Origin: a virus
Lineage: Duplodnaviria; Caudoviricetes
Reading direction: 5' to 3' (one strand)
Virus record (IMG/VR): IMGVR_UViG_3300033149_005642
Span: 1 to 50,092 of that record
Length of the DNA: 50,092 nucleotides
How positions within the stretch are numbered: position 1 is the first letter of the stretch; each line of letters starts with the position of its first letter. Below are positions 19,289 to 27,769 of this stretch, piece by piece. The notes beneath the pieces were generated by a model. The model did not search any database. It saw nothing but the letters and a program-made list of their open reading frames with translations, and had not been told where the DNA came from. The translations under genes and the position numbers were made by a program.

Positions 19289-20242
19289 ATGAAGCTCTCC
19301 GTCATCATCCCCACGTACAACGAGGGCAAGTTTCTGAGGAGCTCTCTCAAGAACCTCCTCGCCCATCTCCCCGAAGACTCCGAGATCGTGGTGGTGGTGG
19401 ACGAGGTGGGCGATATGGCGAAGGAAACCCTCGCCTCCCTCCGACTTCTCAAACGGGTGGCAACCGTTCACCTCGGAGAGCGGATGGGAGTCGCCCGCTC
19501 CCGGAACTTCGGAGTAGCCGCTTCCCAAGGCGACGTGTTGTGTTTCTGTGACGCTCACGTGTGGGTCAAGCGCGGTCACTTGCGGATTCTCATGGAAGAC
19601 GTACTCAACGGAGAGGACGCTTTCTATGCTCCCGCCTTTTCGCATATCCGAATCCACAAGCGCGTCGGCACCGGCAGGCGGCCTCTCCCCATCAACTACG
19701 GGAACGGTCTCGTCTACGCCCACAAGCGCGGGTGGTTCTACCTCTGTGTAGACCGGGTGAATGACGAGATTTTGAAAGAACGCACCGCCGCCAACGCTGC
19801 AGGCATCACTCTTAGCCGCCGCCTCTTTGAGCGGATCGGAGGATGGGTCCACACCCCCGGCTTCTGGGGTTCCAATGATGCGGCCATCGCCATCAAGGCT
19901 TTTCTTCTCGGCATTCCCATCCGATCCGACCCCCGCGTCTGGATGCTTCACGGTATCAAGTCCACCATCAGCCACCAGATTCCCCGTGGCCACGAGACTC
20001 TCAATCGTTTCTACGTCGCCCGTACCCTCTTCTCCGATCGAACCTACGAAACTTTCTGGCGTCCTCTCCTTACTGAACGCTATCCCTGGACCGACGAGGA
20101 AGATAAACAGCTCTATACCCGGCAAGCCGAGATGGAACATCAGGATTTCCGTCGTAAGGTCAAGCGCACCGACGAAGAGTTTCTGGAACGGTTCGTGTAT
20201 CCCCGAATTCAGCAATGGGAGGCGAAACATGGAGGATCATAG
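19289..20242 (+). CDS. GT-A glycosyltransferase (GT2/ppGalNAc-T-like)
   Basis: SVIIPTYNE, GVARSRNFG, FCDAH, FERIGGW, FWGSND. Confidence 0.88.
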   Translation: MKLSVIIPTYNEGKFLRSSLKNLLAHLPEDSEIVVVVDEVGDMAKETLASLRLLKRVATVHLGERMGVARSRNFGVAASQGDVLCFCDAHVWVKRGHLRILMEDVLNGEDAFYAPAFSHIRIHKRVGTGRRPLPINYGNGLVYAHKRGWFYLCVDRVNDEILKERTAANAAGITLSRRLFERIGGWVHTPGFWGSNDAAIAIKAFLLGIPIRSDPRVWMLHGIKSTISHQIPRGHETLNRFYVARTLFSDRTYETFWRPLLTERYPWTDEEDKQLYTRQAEMEHQDFRRKVKRTDEEFLERFVYPRIQQWEAKHGGS

Positions 20243-20567
20243 GCTGCTGCTGTGTGATTGCGCCCGTCCGGGACCGATGACGGGGTACTGCGGAGTATGG
20301 GACGCCCGCCACAAACGAATCTCTCTTATTCTGTGGGCGGTCGAAGGCAACAACACGCGGGTGATTTCCCTGGACGGCGGTATCAAGGGATGTCCCGTGT
20401 GCCTCAAGCCTTACGATCGAAACAACTCAGCCGGACGCGATGCCATCCCCGATCCCGCCCTCAAACACCTGGACCGCGATGTTTCAACCCCGTCCCCCGT
20501 CAATCCGTCGGAACAAGAAGCTGATTCCCCTTCGTTCGACTTCGTGGACGCAGCCGAGGAGAGATGA
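20229..20567 (+). CDS. Hypothetical protein (CDC...CPVC)
   Basis: GGAGG RBS, ATG at 20229, overlaps GT stop. Confidence 0.55.
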   Translation: MEDHRLLLCDCARPGPMTGYCGVWDARHKRISLILWAVEGNNTRVISLDGGIKGCPVCLKPYDRNNSAGRDAIPDPALKHLDRDVSTPSPVNPSEQEADSPSFDFVDAAEER

Positions 20568-20568
20568 A

Positions 20569-20844
20569 ATGGATGTCTGCCGGGAGCACGCGACCCTCGT
20601 ATCGAAGTTGGAAGAGCTGCTGGTAGCTCAAACCCGCAACACGGAACGCCTCAAGGCCACACAGGCGACGGTCAGTGACATCAAGATCGCCGTCGATCGG
20701 CTGGAAAGAAACAGCTATCGACGCAACGGAGTCATGCAGGTGCTCTCGGCGAAGCTCGCATGGATCGTCGGAATCGCGGTGTTCGCAGGAACCGTCATTC
20801 TGGACATCGTGATCCGGTACCTCTTTCCACTAGGAGGAAGATAA
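20569..20844 (+). CDS. Coiled-coil protein with C-terminal TM helix (holin/XhlA-like)
   Basis: Heptad-like N-terminus, WIVGIAVFAGTVILDIVI TM; GAGGAG RBS. Confidence 0.6.
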   Translation: MDVCREHATLVSKLEELLVAQTRNTERLKATQATVSDIKIAVDRLERNSYRRNGVMQVLSAKLAWIVGIAVFAGTVILDIVIRYLFPLGGR

Positions 20845-20846
20845 AG

Positions 20847-21407
20847 ATGAGTGGTTCAACGGCTTGGACTCTCATAATCGTGGCACTGGCGGTTCTCGCC
20901 GTCGGTTGCCAGACCGTGAAGGACGCTTTGCTGCCCGAAGGCCAGGTCGTGGAAGTAACGGACGTGGACGGGGATGGGGCGCCCGACAGCGTGACGAACC
21001 TCGTGACGGGAGAGGTGACTCCCATCCCCGACCTGGAGAACCCGGCGGAACTCCGAATCGTCCTGGAAAAGTTACTTGAAAAGCAGAAAAGAGCGGCTTT
21101 CGATGCCTTGAAGCAAACCGAATGGGGACGCCAACTCCAGAGCCTTGCGGCGAACGCGGCGGCCCTCCTCAGTGCAGCCGTCGGCATCTATTATGGTTTA
21201 CGGAAACGCAAACAAGCCCGAACTACCGCCGTGCAACTTGGAGATGAACAGCGCGTTACACGAGTCATCGTGAACGCTCTCGACCGAGTCCGCAAATCCT
21301 CACCCACCGTGGCCGAGGAGTTCAAAACCGCAATGACCGAAACCATCAAGGCCACGGGGACCGACGAAACCCTCGTGCGCACCGTGGTGGCGAAGCACAA
21401 AGGCTAA
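20847..21407 (+). CDS. Lipoprotein with second internal TM segment (possible spanin)
   Basis: Signal peptide ending LAVG-C lipobox; DVDGDG motif; hydrophobic AALLSAAVGIYYGL followed by RKRK. Confidence 0.6.
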   Translation: MSGSTAWTLIIVALAVLAVGCQTVKDALLPEGQVVEVTDVDGDGAPDSVTNLVTGEVTPIPDLENPAELRIVLEKLLEKQKRAAFDALKQTEWGRQLQSLAANAAALLSAAVGIYYGLRKRKQARTTAVQLGDEQRVTRVIVNALDRVRKSSPTVAEEFKTAMTETIKATGTDETLVRTVVAKHKG

Positions 21408-21517
21408 AGAAAGGTTGATGAGAGATGACGTGACGGGGGACGGGGTACAGCATAGCCGGAAGTTGCGCCCACCCCGTTTCAGCCCCGTCCCCCGTCAGTC
21501 CGTCGGAGGTAAGTCGG

Positions 21518-24082
21518 ATGGTGCGGCATCCTGACGAAGGAATGGTGAGGCAGTCGGTTTCGATACCGATGGCCTTCCCCAATATGGATGCGGGTATGTT
21601 TCCCACCCGGATTCCAGAAGGGACGTTGGTGGAGGCGATTGGGGTAGACGGAAGGTTCCTGGGTTCGCTGAGGAACTTTCCCGGATTTGAGAGGGTGCGG
21701 AACTTGACGTATGGGGGCAGTCCCATCTCGAACGTATCGTTCTTCGAGGTCGTGGATGCACCGCAACCTTCGTACTTGTCGGGAAACTATCGGATTCGTG
21801 GGTTCATCGTGCGGCATGACGTGGGATCGGTCACAACGACTTCCTCGACAAGTAGCTCCACTACGTCTACGTCCAGTTCGTCTACCACCACGACGACCAG
21901 CACTTCGACTACGACCCCGACGACTTCTACGTCCAGCAGTACGACGAGTACGAGCACCTCGACCACGACGACGAGTACGAGCACGTCCACGAGTTCGACG
22001 ACTACCAGCACGGCTCCGCCCACGACGACTACGACGGCTACCTGCACTACTACGTCCACAAGTTCTTCGACGACCAGTACGTCTACCAGTACGAGTACGT
22101 CTACTAGTACTACGACGACCACTACGACCACGACGGAATGGACGGGGACGACGCAGCAATTGACGTTCTTCCGGTACATGGAGAGTACGAGACAATGGGA
22201 TGAGTTGTTGATCTGGAGTACGGTAAGCTCAACTTGCCGGATAGGCGTGGCGGTATTCGGCAGCATGATTATCGTGACGGCGGACGATGCGGCGGGACAT
22301 GCATCCATCTTCCAGAGCAACGCTTCCAGTGTCTCGCGGTTCTCCGCGTCGGAATGGGCGGAGGAGGGACCGGCTTTTGAACATTCATCCAGCGGGGATG
22401 CGGATACGGGCGGGTATTTGTCGTATGGGCGGTATTTGATGGCCTATCGATACGTGAATGATACGGCGGGCGGTCCGAACTCCAAGAGCGCGCTTTCGGA
22501 GCTGTACGTTCACGAGGTGACCGATACGGATGCCAGGAATCATCTGGTGGGGATAAAGAGGCCAGCGGCGGCGACGGTGCCTTCCGGGGCGACGAAGGTG
22601 GAACTGTTCAGGTCCGTCTCGGTGGACGTGGCGGGGACGGTATACGAGGGCGGGGTACTGTATAAGGAGAAGGAAATCAGTACCTCGGTGTGGAATACGT
22701 GGACTACCCATCAGATGGGGACCTTGCCGGACGAGGTGCTGGTACAACAGGCAAGGTATGACCCATTGGTGGATGCGGTAGGAACGGCTCCCCGCACTGC
22801 GACCATTCATACGTACCAGGGAATAGTGTTCATGGAGGGAGAGAACGGGGAGAGCCTGGTATGGTCGAACGTGAGGGCGTTGCAGCCTGAAAACTTCAAT
22901 GCGCTCAACAGTTACCCGTGTCCGAGGGGGACGGGGAGACTCCTGCGTATCATGCAGGCGGAAGACGATATCTACGTGCTGGGCGAGCAGGCCATTCTTC
23001 GGGTGATGCTGGCGGGGAGTCGGGTGCTCATCAAGAAGGTACACTCGACGTTGGGATTGGCGTACTATCGGGCGGTAGAGGCGGTGGGGGCGGACCTCAT
23101 CTTCCTGTCCACGAAGGGACTGGCGATATTGAATGGAACGACTGGACAGGCCCTGGGAGTGGCCGCCGCGTCCCGGGTCGTGGACCTCAAGAAGTGGACC
23201 TCGTCGGACGTGTACGTGGTCACGGACTCGCGGCTGGGAGCCACGTTCGTCGTGGGGGGTGATTATCCGGGGATCACGGTCGATGAGGAGACGGGGGACG
23301 GGGCTATCGTGTTGTGGCACGATAACAAGGTGATGACGATGCTGGTGGGGATGAGCGTGTTTGCGGCGGCGGCGACCGGGCCTCATCCCGTGGACGGCGG
23401 CGGTGATCGGGCGATATTCATTACGTCGGACGGTATTGTAGTCGTTCCCAGCTTGGACCTGGATATCGGGCCGACGATGCTGGGTGTGCTGGGGACGGTG
23501 AACGGGACGACGACGGCGGGCGGTGATACTTATCTGGAGGACTCGACGGCTGCATTCTCGGAAACGGCGGTGGGGTCGAGGGTGTATCTCGTGGACGTGG
23601 ATGGAGCGGAATATACGGTCAGGAAGATTGTGAGCTTCGTAAATTCCACGAAGTTGAAGCTGGCGGACCTGGACGGAAACGACGTGACAGTGAGCGCCGG
23701 AACAGTGTATACGATATCACCGGTACCGTTCCGGGTGACGCCGAGGCCGTTCGGGGGGGACTTCGAGCGGGTGACGTTGAGGAGCCTCGCAGTGCATCCG
23801 ACGTGGACCGATGCGGATACGACGACGGGATACTTTCGGTTGTCGGCGCTGACGGGGAAGGGAGGGCGGAGGTTGTTGCCGGACGTAGGGGACGATGGCG
23901 AGGAGAGGGCGATGGTGGCGATGTCGTCCTTGCCTGAGAGGACCTCCAAGGACCTGCTGATAGGGGGACCGAGGGTGACGGTGCAAGTCGAGGCGGTGTC
24001 GGCGGGAGCGAGATTTGAGTTGACAGGGGCCGAAGCAAGTATTACACTTAGAGTGAGCAAGCGTTCTGCGGGGATATCGTGA
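21518..24082 (+). CDS. Putative tail nozzle/stabilization-type virion protein with ~100-aa mucin-like Thr/Ser insert
   Basis: 854 aa beta-rich (propeller-like, LVWS...PENF); T/S tract 21833-22135; precedes ejection-type proteins. Confidence 0.65.
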   Translation: MVRHPDEGMVRQSVSIPMAFPNMDAGMFPTRIPEGTLVEAIGVDGRFLGSLRNFPGFERVRNLTYGGSPISNVSFFEVVDAPQPSYLSGNYRIRGFIVRHDVGSVTTTSSTSSSTTSTSSSSTTTTTSTSTTTPTTSTSSSTTSTSTSTTTTSTSTSTSSTTTSTAPPTTTTTATCTTTSTSSSTTSTSTSTSTSTSTTTTTTTTTEWTGTTQQLTFFRYMESTRQWDELLIWSTVSSTCRIGVAVFGSMIIVTADDAAGHASIFQSNASSVSRFSASEWAEEGPAFEHSSSGDADTGGYLSYGRYLMAYRYVNDTAGGPNSKSALSELYVHEVTDTDARNHLVGIKRPAAATVPSGATKVELFRSVSVDVAGTVYEGGVLYKEKEISTSVWNTWTTHQMGTLPDEVLVQQARYDPLVDAVGTAPRTATIHTYQGIVFMEGENGESLVWSNVRALQPENFNALNSYPCPRGTGRLLRIMQAEDDIYVLGEQAILRVMLAGSRVLIKKVHSTLGLAYYRAVEAVGADLIFLSTKGLAILNGTTGQALGVAAASRVVDLKKWTSSDVYVVTDSRLGATFVVGGDYPGITVDEETGDGAIVLWHDNKVMTMLVGMSVFAAAATGPHPVDGGGDRAIFITSDGIVVVPSLDLDIGPTMLGVLGTVNGTTTAGGDTYLEDSTAAFSETAVGSRVYLVDVDGAEYTVRKIVSFVNSTKLKLADLDGNDVTVSAGTVYTISPVPFRVTPRPFGGDFERVTLRSLAVHPTWTDADTTTGYFRLSALTGKGGRRLLPDVGDDGEERAMVAMSSLPERTSKDLLIGGPRVTVQVEAVSAGARFELTGAEASITLRVSKRSAGIS

Positions 24083-24118
24083 GGATAGCTCCGGGGACGC
24101 GGAATAGGAGGTCGGACA

Positions 24119-25573
24119 GTGGCGATCAAGCTCCGTACTCCCGCGAAACAGAAAACTCCTTTCGACGCGGAGAGGGCGTTCCCCACCCTGACGGGATACC
24201 TCCCGTCTACTTCACGGGACATTCTCACCAAGGCGTTCCAAGGCGTCTCGTATCGGCAGACGGGGCTTTCCGATAAAGAGGCGTATCAGAAAGCGATTGC
24301 TGATCGGCAAAAGCGCTTGCTGATGTATCAGGGGATGGTACCTGCCCTCCAGATTCCGTGGCCCGAATATAAACCAGGAGAAATGCCGGGTCAGTCCAGG
24401 GAAGCCGTGAATCCCATCTCTCCAATGGACATCTTCAAGGTGGGAATGGCCGAGAGAGAAGCGGAGATGGCGGCGATGGAGGCCATCAAGCAAGCTCGAT
24501 TGAAAGGGCAGGGGATTCTGGCACGGGAAAGCGAGGCGCTGGGAGAAGGATCGCGGGCACGGCAGGTCTCCGAGGAGACACTGGGCCGCCTGAAAGGGGT
24601 TCCGGCGGAAGCCCAGGAACGCCAGCGGGGAGAGTTGGAGAAGAGTAGGGACGTTATACAGGAGCTGTCTCCGCAGGCCGTGGAGTACCGGAAACAAGCT
24701 CTTCGGGAACAGCAGGAACGGGAAGAGAGGACGAGAGAGGAGTTTCGGAACCTCACCGCGCAACAAGTGCAGCTCCAACGGCAGGCCATCGACGAGCAAG
24801 AGAAAGCAGCCATTGACAGCCTCCGTGATGCGGGACTGGTTCCGGGTACGCCCCAGTATGCCGAGGCCGTCCGGCGCATCAAGATGGGAAGCATTGAGCA
24901 GCGGGGCAACATAGCGATGCAGGCGGGCCTGGCGTACAACCAGGCGAAGGCTCAGATGGGACAGGCTTATGATGCCATGCGCTCGGCGATGAGGCTCGAT
25001 TACGACGCCTACGTGACGGGGACGAGGCAAGCGCAGGCCCAGCTGGCGCTACAAGCGGATTCGTTGGGGAAGGCCATAGACGATGCCCGGATGGCCCATG
25101 AGCTGGCATTGCAGGCTTCCTTCACGCAGACGCAGCTTGCCGCCGATAACCTACGGAGTATGGGACGGCAGGCCGAAGCCGATTACCTCCTCAACACGTT
25201 CGAGTGGGTACCCCACATCTCCGACCTGCTCGGCGGACTACAAATGTTCTTCAAGCAGGAAATCGACCGCACCAACCGTCGCATCATGCAGGCTACCTAT
25301 CCTGCCGTCCGTGTCGTACCTTCCCCATTGACGGCAGGACGGGGGACGGGGAGCAGCGGTGGTGGCGGAAATCGACAGGGGGGTGGTGGTCGGAACCCGT
25401 TGGGGGAGGCCATCGACAAGTTCTATCAGAGGCAGAAGTCGAGAGCCCCGTCCCCCGTCAAGAGTTCTTCCAAGACGGGCAGCAGCAAAGAGAAATATAC
25501 GCGGGTATACCCGGACACGTTGAGAAGGATGGGTGTAAATCCGCCGGGTCCGGGACAATCCGTTCTGTATTAG
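24119..25573 (+). CDS. Putative internal virion/DNA ejection protein
   Basis: A/Q/E/R-rich helical protein; AGGAGG RBS with GTG start; position after tail gene. Confidence 0.6.
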   Translation: MAIKLRTPAKQKTPFDAERAFPTLTGYLPSTSRDILTKAFQGVSYRQTGLSDKEAYQKAIADRQKRLLMYQGMVPALQIPWPEYKPGEMPGQSREAVNPISPMDIFKVGMAEREAEMAAMEAIKQARLKGQGILARESEALGEGSRARQVSEETLGRLKGVPAEAQERQRGELEKSRDVIQELSPQAVEYRKQALREQQEREERTREEFRNLTAQQVQLQRQAIDEQEKAAIDSLRDAGLVPGTPQYAEAVRRIKMGSIEQRGNIAMQAGLAYNQAKAQMGQAYDAMRSAMRLDYDAYVTGTRQAQAQLALQADSLGKAIDDARMAHELALQASFTQTQLAADNLRSMGRQAEADYLLNTFEWVPHISDLLGGLQMFFKQEIDRTNRRIMQATYPAVRVVPSPLTAGRGTGSSGGGGNRQGGGGRNPLGEAIDKFYQRQKSRAPSPVKSSSKTGSSKEKYTRVYPDTLRRMGVNPPGPGQSVLY

Positions 25574-25598
25574 CGTGTTGTGATAGGAGGATGGTGGA

Positions 25599-26627
25599 AT
25601 GCCACCGTTGACGAGTAATGCGCCGTCGGGCGTTTGGGGTGCCGGGCAATCGGGGGCCCTCGAAACGTTGAGGGGTCTTGCGGCCATCGGTATGCATCGA
25701 GACGAGTTGAGCCTCCAGCGGGAACAGATGAGGATGCAGCGGGAACAGATGGGGATACAGCGGGAACAGATGGAGATGCAGCGGAGGGAGATGGAGGCGC
25801 AGCGGGAATGGGAGGAGCGGCGATATAGATTCAACGCGCAGCAGACACGGGAATTCTACAAGGAGATGGTGGGTTATCAAAGAGGGTTACTGAAAACCCT
25901 GATGGAGTATCGGGGACAAGAGCAAGCCGCGAAAAAGGAGTTGGTGGGCGACATATTGGAAGGATTGGTGAAGACGACGGATATGACACTGGAGCGGTTG
26001 TCGGGGATGTTGGGGCGGGATGCACGAGAAGAGATAGTCAAGAGGTTGGAGGGACCGCAGTCGGGCGTGGAAGAGGAAGCATCAGGGGCGTCACGGGAGC
26101 TGAGGGAGATCGGGGAGGAGCTTCGTCGGGAGGAGGAGGAACGGAAACGGAAAGAAAAGATGACGGAGACGGAACTGGAGACGCTGTCGCGGGCCGAGGA
26201 GGAGAGCCTGCAAAGACTGGCGCGCTTGACGGGTCGCCAACCGGAAGAGATAAGAGGACTGGTGGCCGGACCGGATGCGTTCCAGAAGGTGGAAAAGGGG
26301 TACGGTCCGACCGTCGCAGCGCGGACGACGGAGAATCTCTTGCTGACCCCGATAGGACTAGGGGCGTTGGGAACGAGAGCTGCGTCCCGAAGACTCCGGG
26401 GTACGCTCGCCGGAAGATGGTACGAGAACATGTATCGCTTCTACGGGAAACTCGCTGGTGGCGTTCGGCGAGTCATGGGAGTGGGGGAGCGGGAGAAGAG
26501 GGTGAGGGACATAAAAGCCGCGCTGTCCCAGTATAAGGCACTGCAACGGAAACGGGAACAGGCAAGGATGAAGTTGGTGGGGGGTACGATGGGGGTGCCA
26601 CCGTCGTTGTTGACGGGCACGAAATAG
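25599..26627 (+). CDS. Putative internal virion protein (coiled coil, QREQM repeats)
   Basis: AGGAGG RBS; 21-bp repeat at about 25716-25810. Confidence 0.65.
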   Translation: MPPLTSNAPSGVWGAGQSGALETLRGLAAIGMHRDELSLQREQMRMQREQMGIQREQMEMQRREMEAQREWEERRYRFNAQQTREFYKEMVGYQRGLLKTLMEYRGQEQAAKKELVGDILEGLVKTTDMTLERLSGMLGRDAREEIVKRLEGPQSGVEEEASGASRELREIGEELRREEEERKRKEKMTETELETLSRAEEESLQRLARLTGRQPEEIRGLVAGPDAFQKVEKGYGPTVAARTTENLLLTPIGLGALGTRAASRRLRGTLAGRWYENMYRFYGKLAGGVRRVMGVGEREKRVRDIKAALSQYKALQRKREQARMKLVGGTMGVPPSLLTGTK

Positions 26628-26652
26628 GGACGGTATAGGAACGGGATGCGCG

Positions 26653-27267
26653 ATGAAGACGGCATTTGAGTACTTTACCACGTCGGAGGAACGTAACCTC
26701 CACAATCAGATGGCGCAGATGCGGGGGAACTTGCGTCTGGGATTGCAACGGCTGTGGGGAGACGGTGCCAGGACGGTTACGCTGGAGGACCTGGCGGGGA
26801 CTAGCGATCCCAGACTGGCGAAGCGGATAGCGAAGTTGAAAGAGGGACTTCAATCGGGGAAGCCCCTGCCGGTCTCGGAATATTCGTTAGGACTGCGGGC
26901 GTTGGAGGAAATAAAAGAGACGCTGGGAGAGACGATGATGGAGGCCACGCCGGAACAGCTTGTGGCCTTGAGAGGTTTGGAGGGAGAGGTGAAGCAGTTG
27001 ATGGAACAAGTGCTGTCCCAAGGGGTCGATCCGGCAACGAAAGAGGTGGTCGAACCGCAGAAATTCATGGCCGCCTACGCGGGGGCCGTCCGAGAACAGT
27101 TGATGGGAATGGAAGAGAAAGATTTGCATGACGTATTGGGAGATACTCCGGCGTGGAAACTGGCCGTAACCGGCGTCGTGGACCCCGATGAGCTGCGGAA
27201 TCAAGTCTTGAACAGCGAGGAGGCCCGACCGATCCAGACCTCTCCCATGCCGGAAGGAGGTGCGTAA
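26653..27267 (+). CDS. Hypothetical helical protein
   Basis: ORF in operon. Confidence 0.6.
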   Translation: MKTAFEYFTTSEERNLHNQMAQMRGNLRLGLQRLWGDGARTVTLEDLAGTSDPRLAKRIAKLKEGLQSGKPLPVSEYSLGLRALEEIKETLGETMMEATPEQLVALRGLEGEVKQLMEQVLSQGVDPATKEVVEPQKFMAAYAGAVREQLMGMEEKDLHDVLGDTPAWKLAVTGVVDPDELRNQVLNSEEARPIQTSPMPEGGA

Positions 27268-27742
27268 GACGATGGCTCTGGGAACGATCGGAACGATACT
27301 GACGGTGCTGGCGGCCAATTATGCCGCCAATTCCCTTGCGAAACTTTTCCTCAACAGCTACTCGTTAGGAAAACAAACGGACATCCAGCGGGAGCAGTTG
27401 CAGTTTCTTGAGCGGGCGTTGAGGGGAAGAGAAGTGGGGGCGCTCGCCGCGTTGGGGGTGGAGAAACGGAAAGTCGCCATGACGAAGGAACTCGCCCTGA
27501 TGATGGCGGCGCTTCAGAAGTACCAGACGGCGGTGGGGGCGAGAACGGCGGAGAAGACCGCGACTATCGGGGCGGAGGCCCAGAAAGAAGTGGCCCGGAC
27601 GCAGACCGCCGGGGCGTTGGGGACGGCTGGCCTGGGCGCGGCGTCACAATTGGGAAGTACCGCCATCGCGGCCATCCTCGGCGGCGACCAGCCGATCCGG
27701 CCTTCCGAAGTTCAACTTCCGCCACCGGTCAGGTTTCAGTAA
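27260..27742 (+). CDS. Putative ejection protein (Ala/Gly-rich, hydrophobic ends)
   Basis: AGGAGG RBS near start; composition. Confidence 0.6.
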   Translation: MRKTMALGTIGTILTVLAANYAANSLAKLFLNSYSLGKQTDIQREQLQFLERALRGREVGALAALGVEKRKVAMTKELALMMAALQKYQTAVGARTAEKTATIGAEAQKEVARTQTAGALGTAGLGAASQLGSTAIAAILGGDQPIRPSEVQLPPPVRFQ

Positions 27743-27769
27743 CGCGACGAGGGGGTAAGGGGATTCAGA

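Noticed and set aside
16799-20242. DNA hypermodification glycosyltransferases
   Set aside because: No hydroxymethylase, TET/JBP or other base-modification genes recognised, and the GTs lie in the structural arm; disfavoured but not excluded
12379-22320. Poly-Val - strand ORFs as membrane proteins
   Set aside because: They are the reverse complements of the Thr-codon tracts
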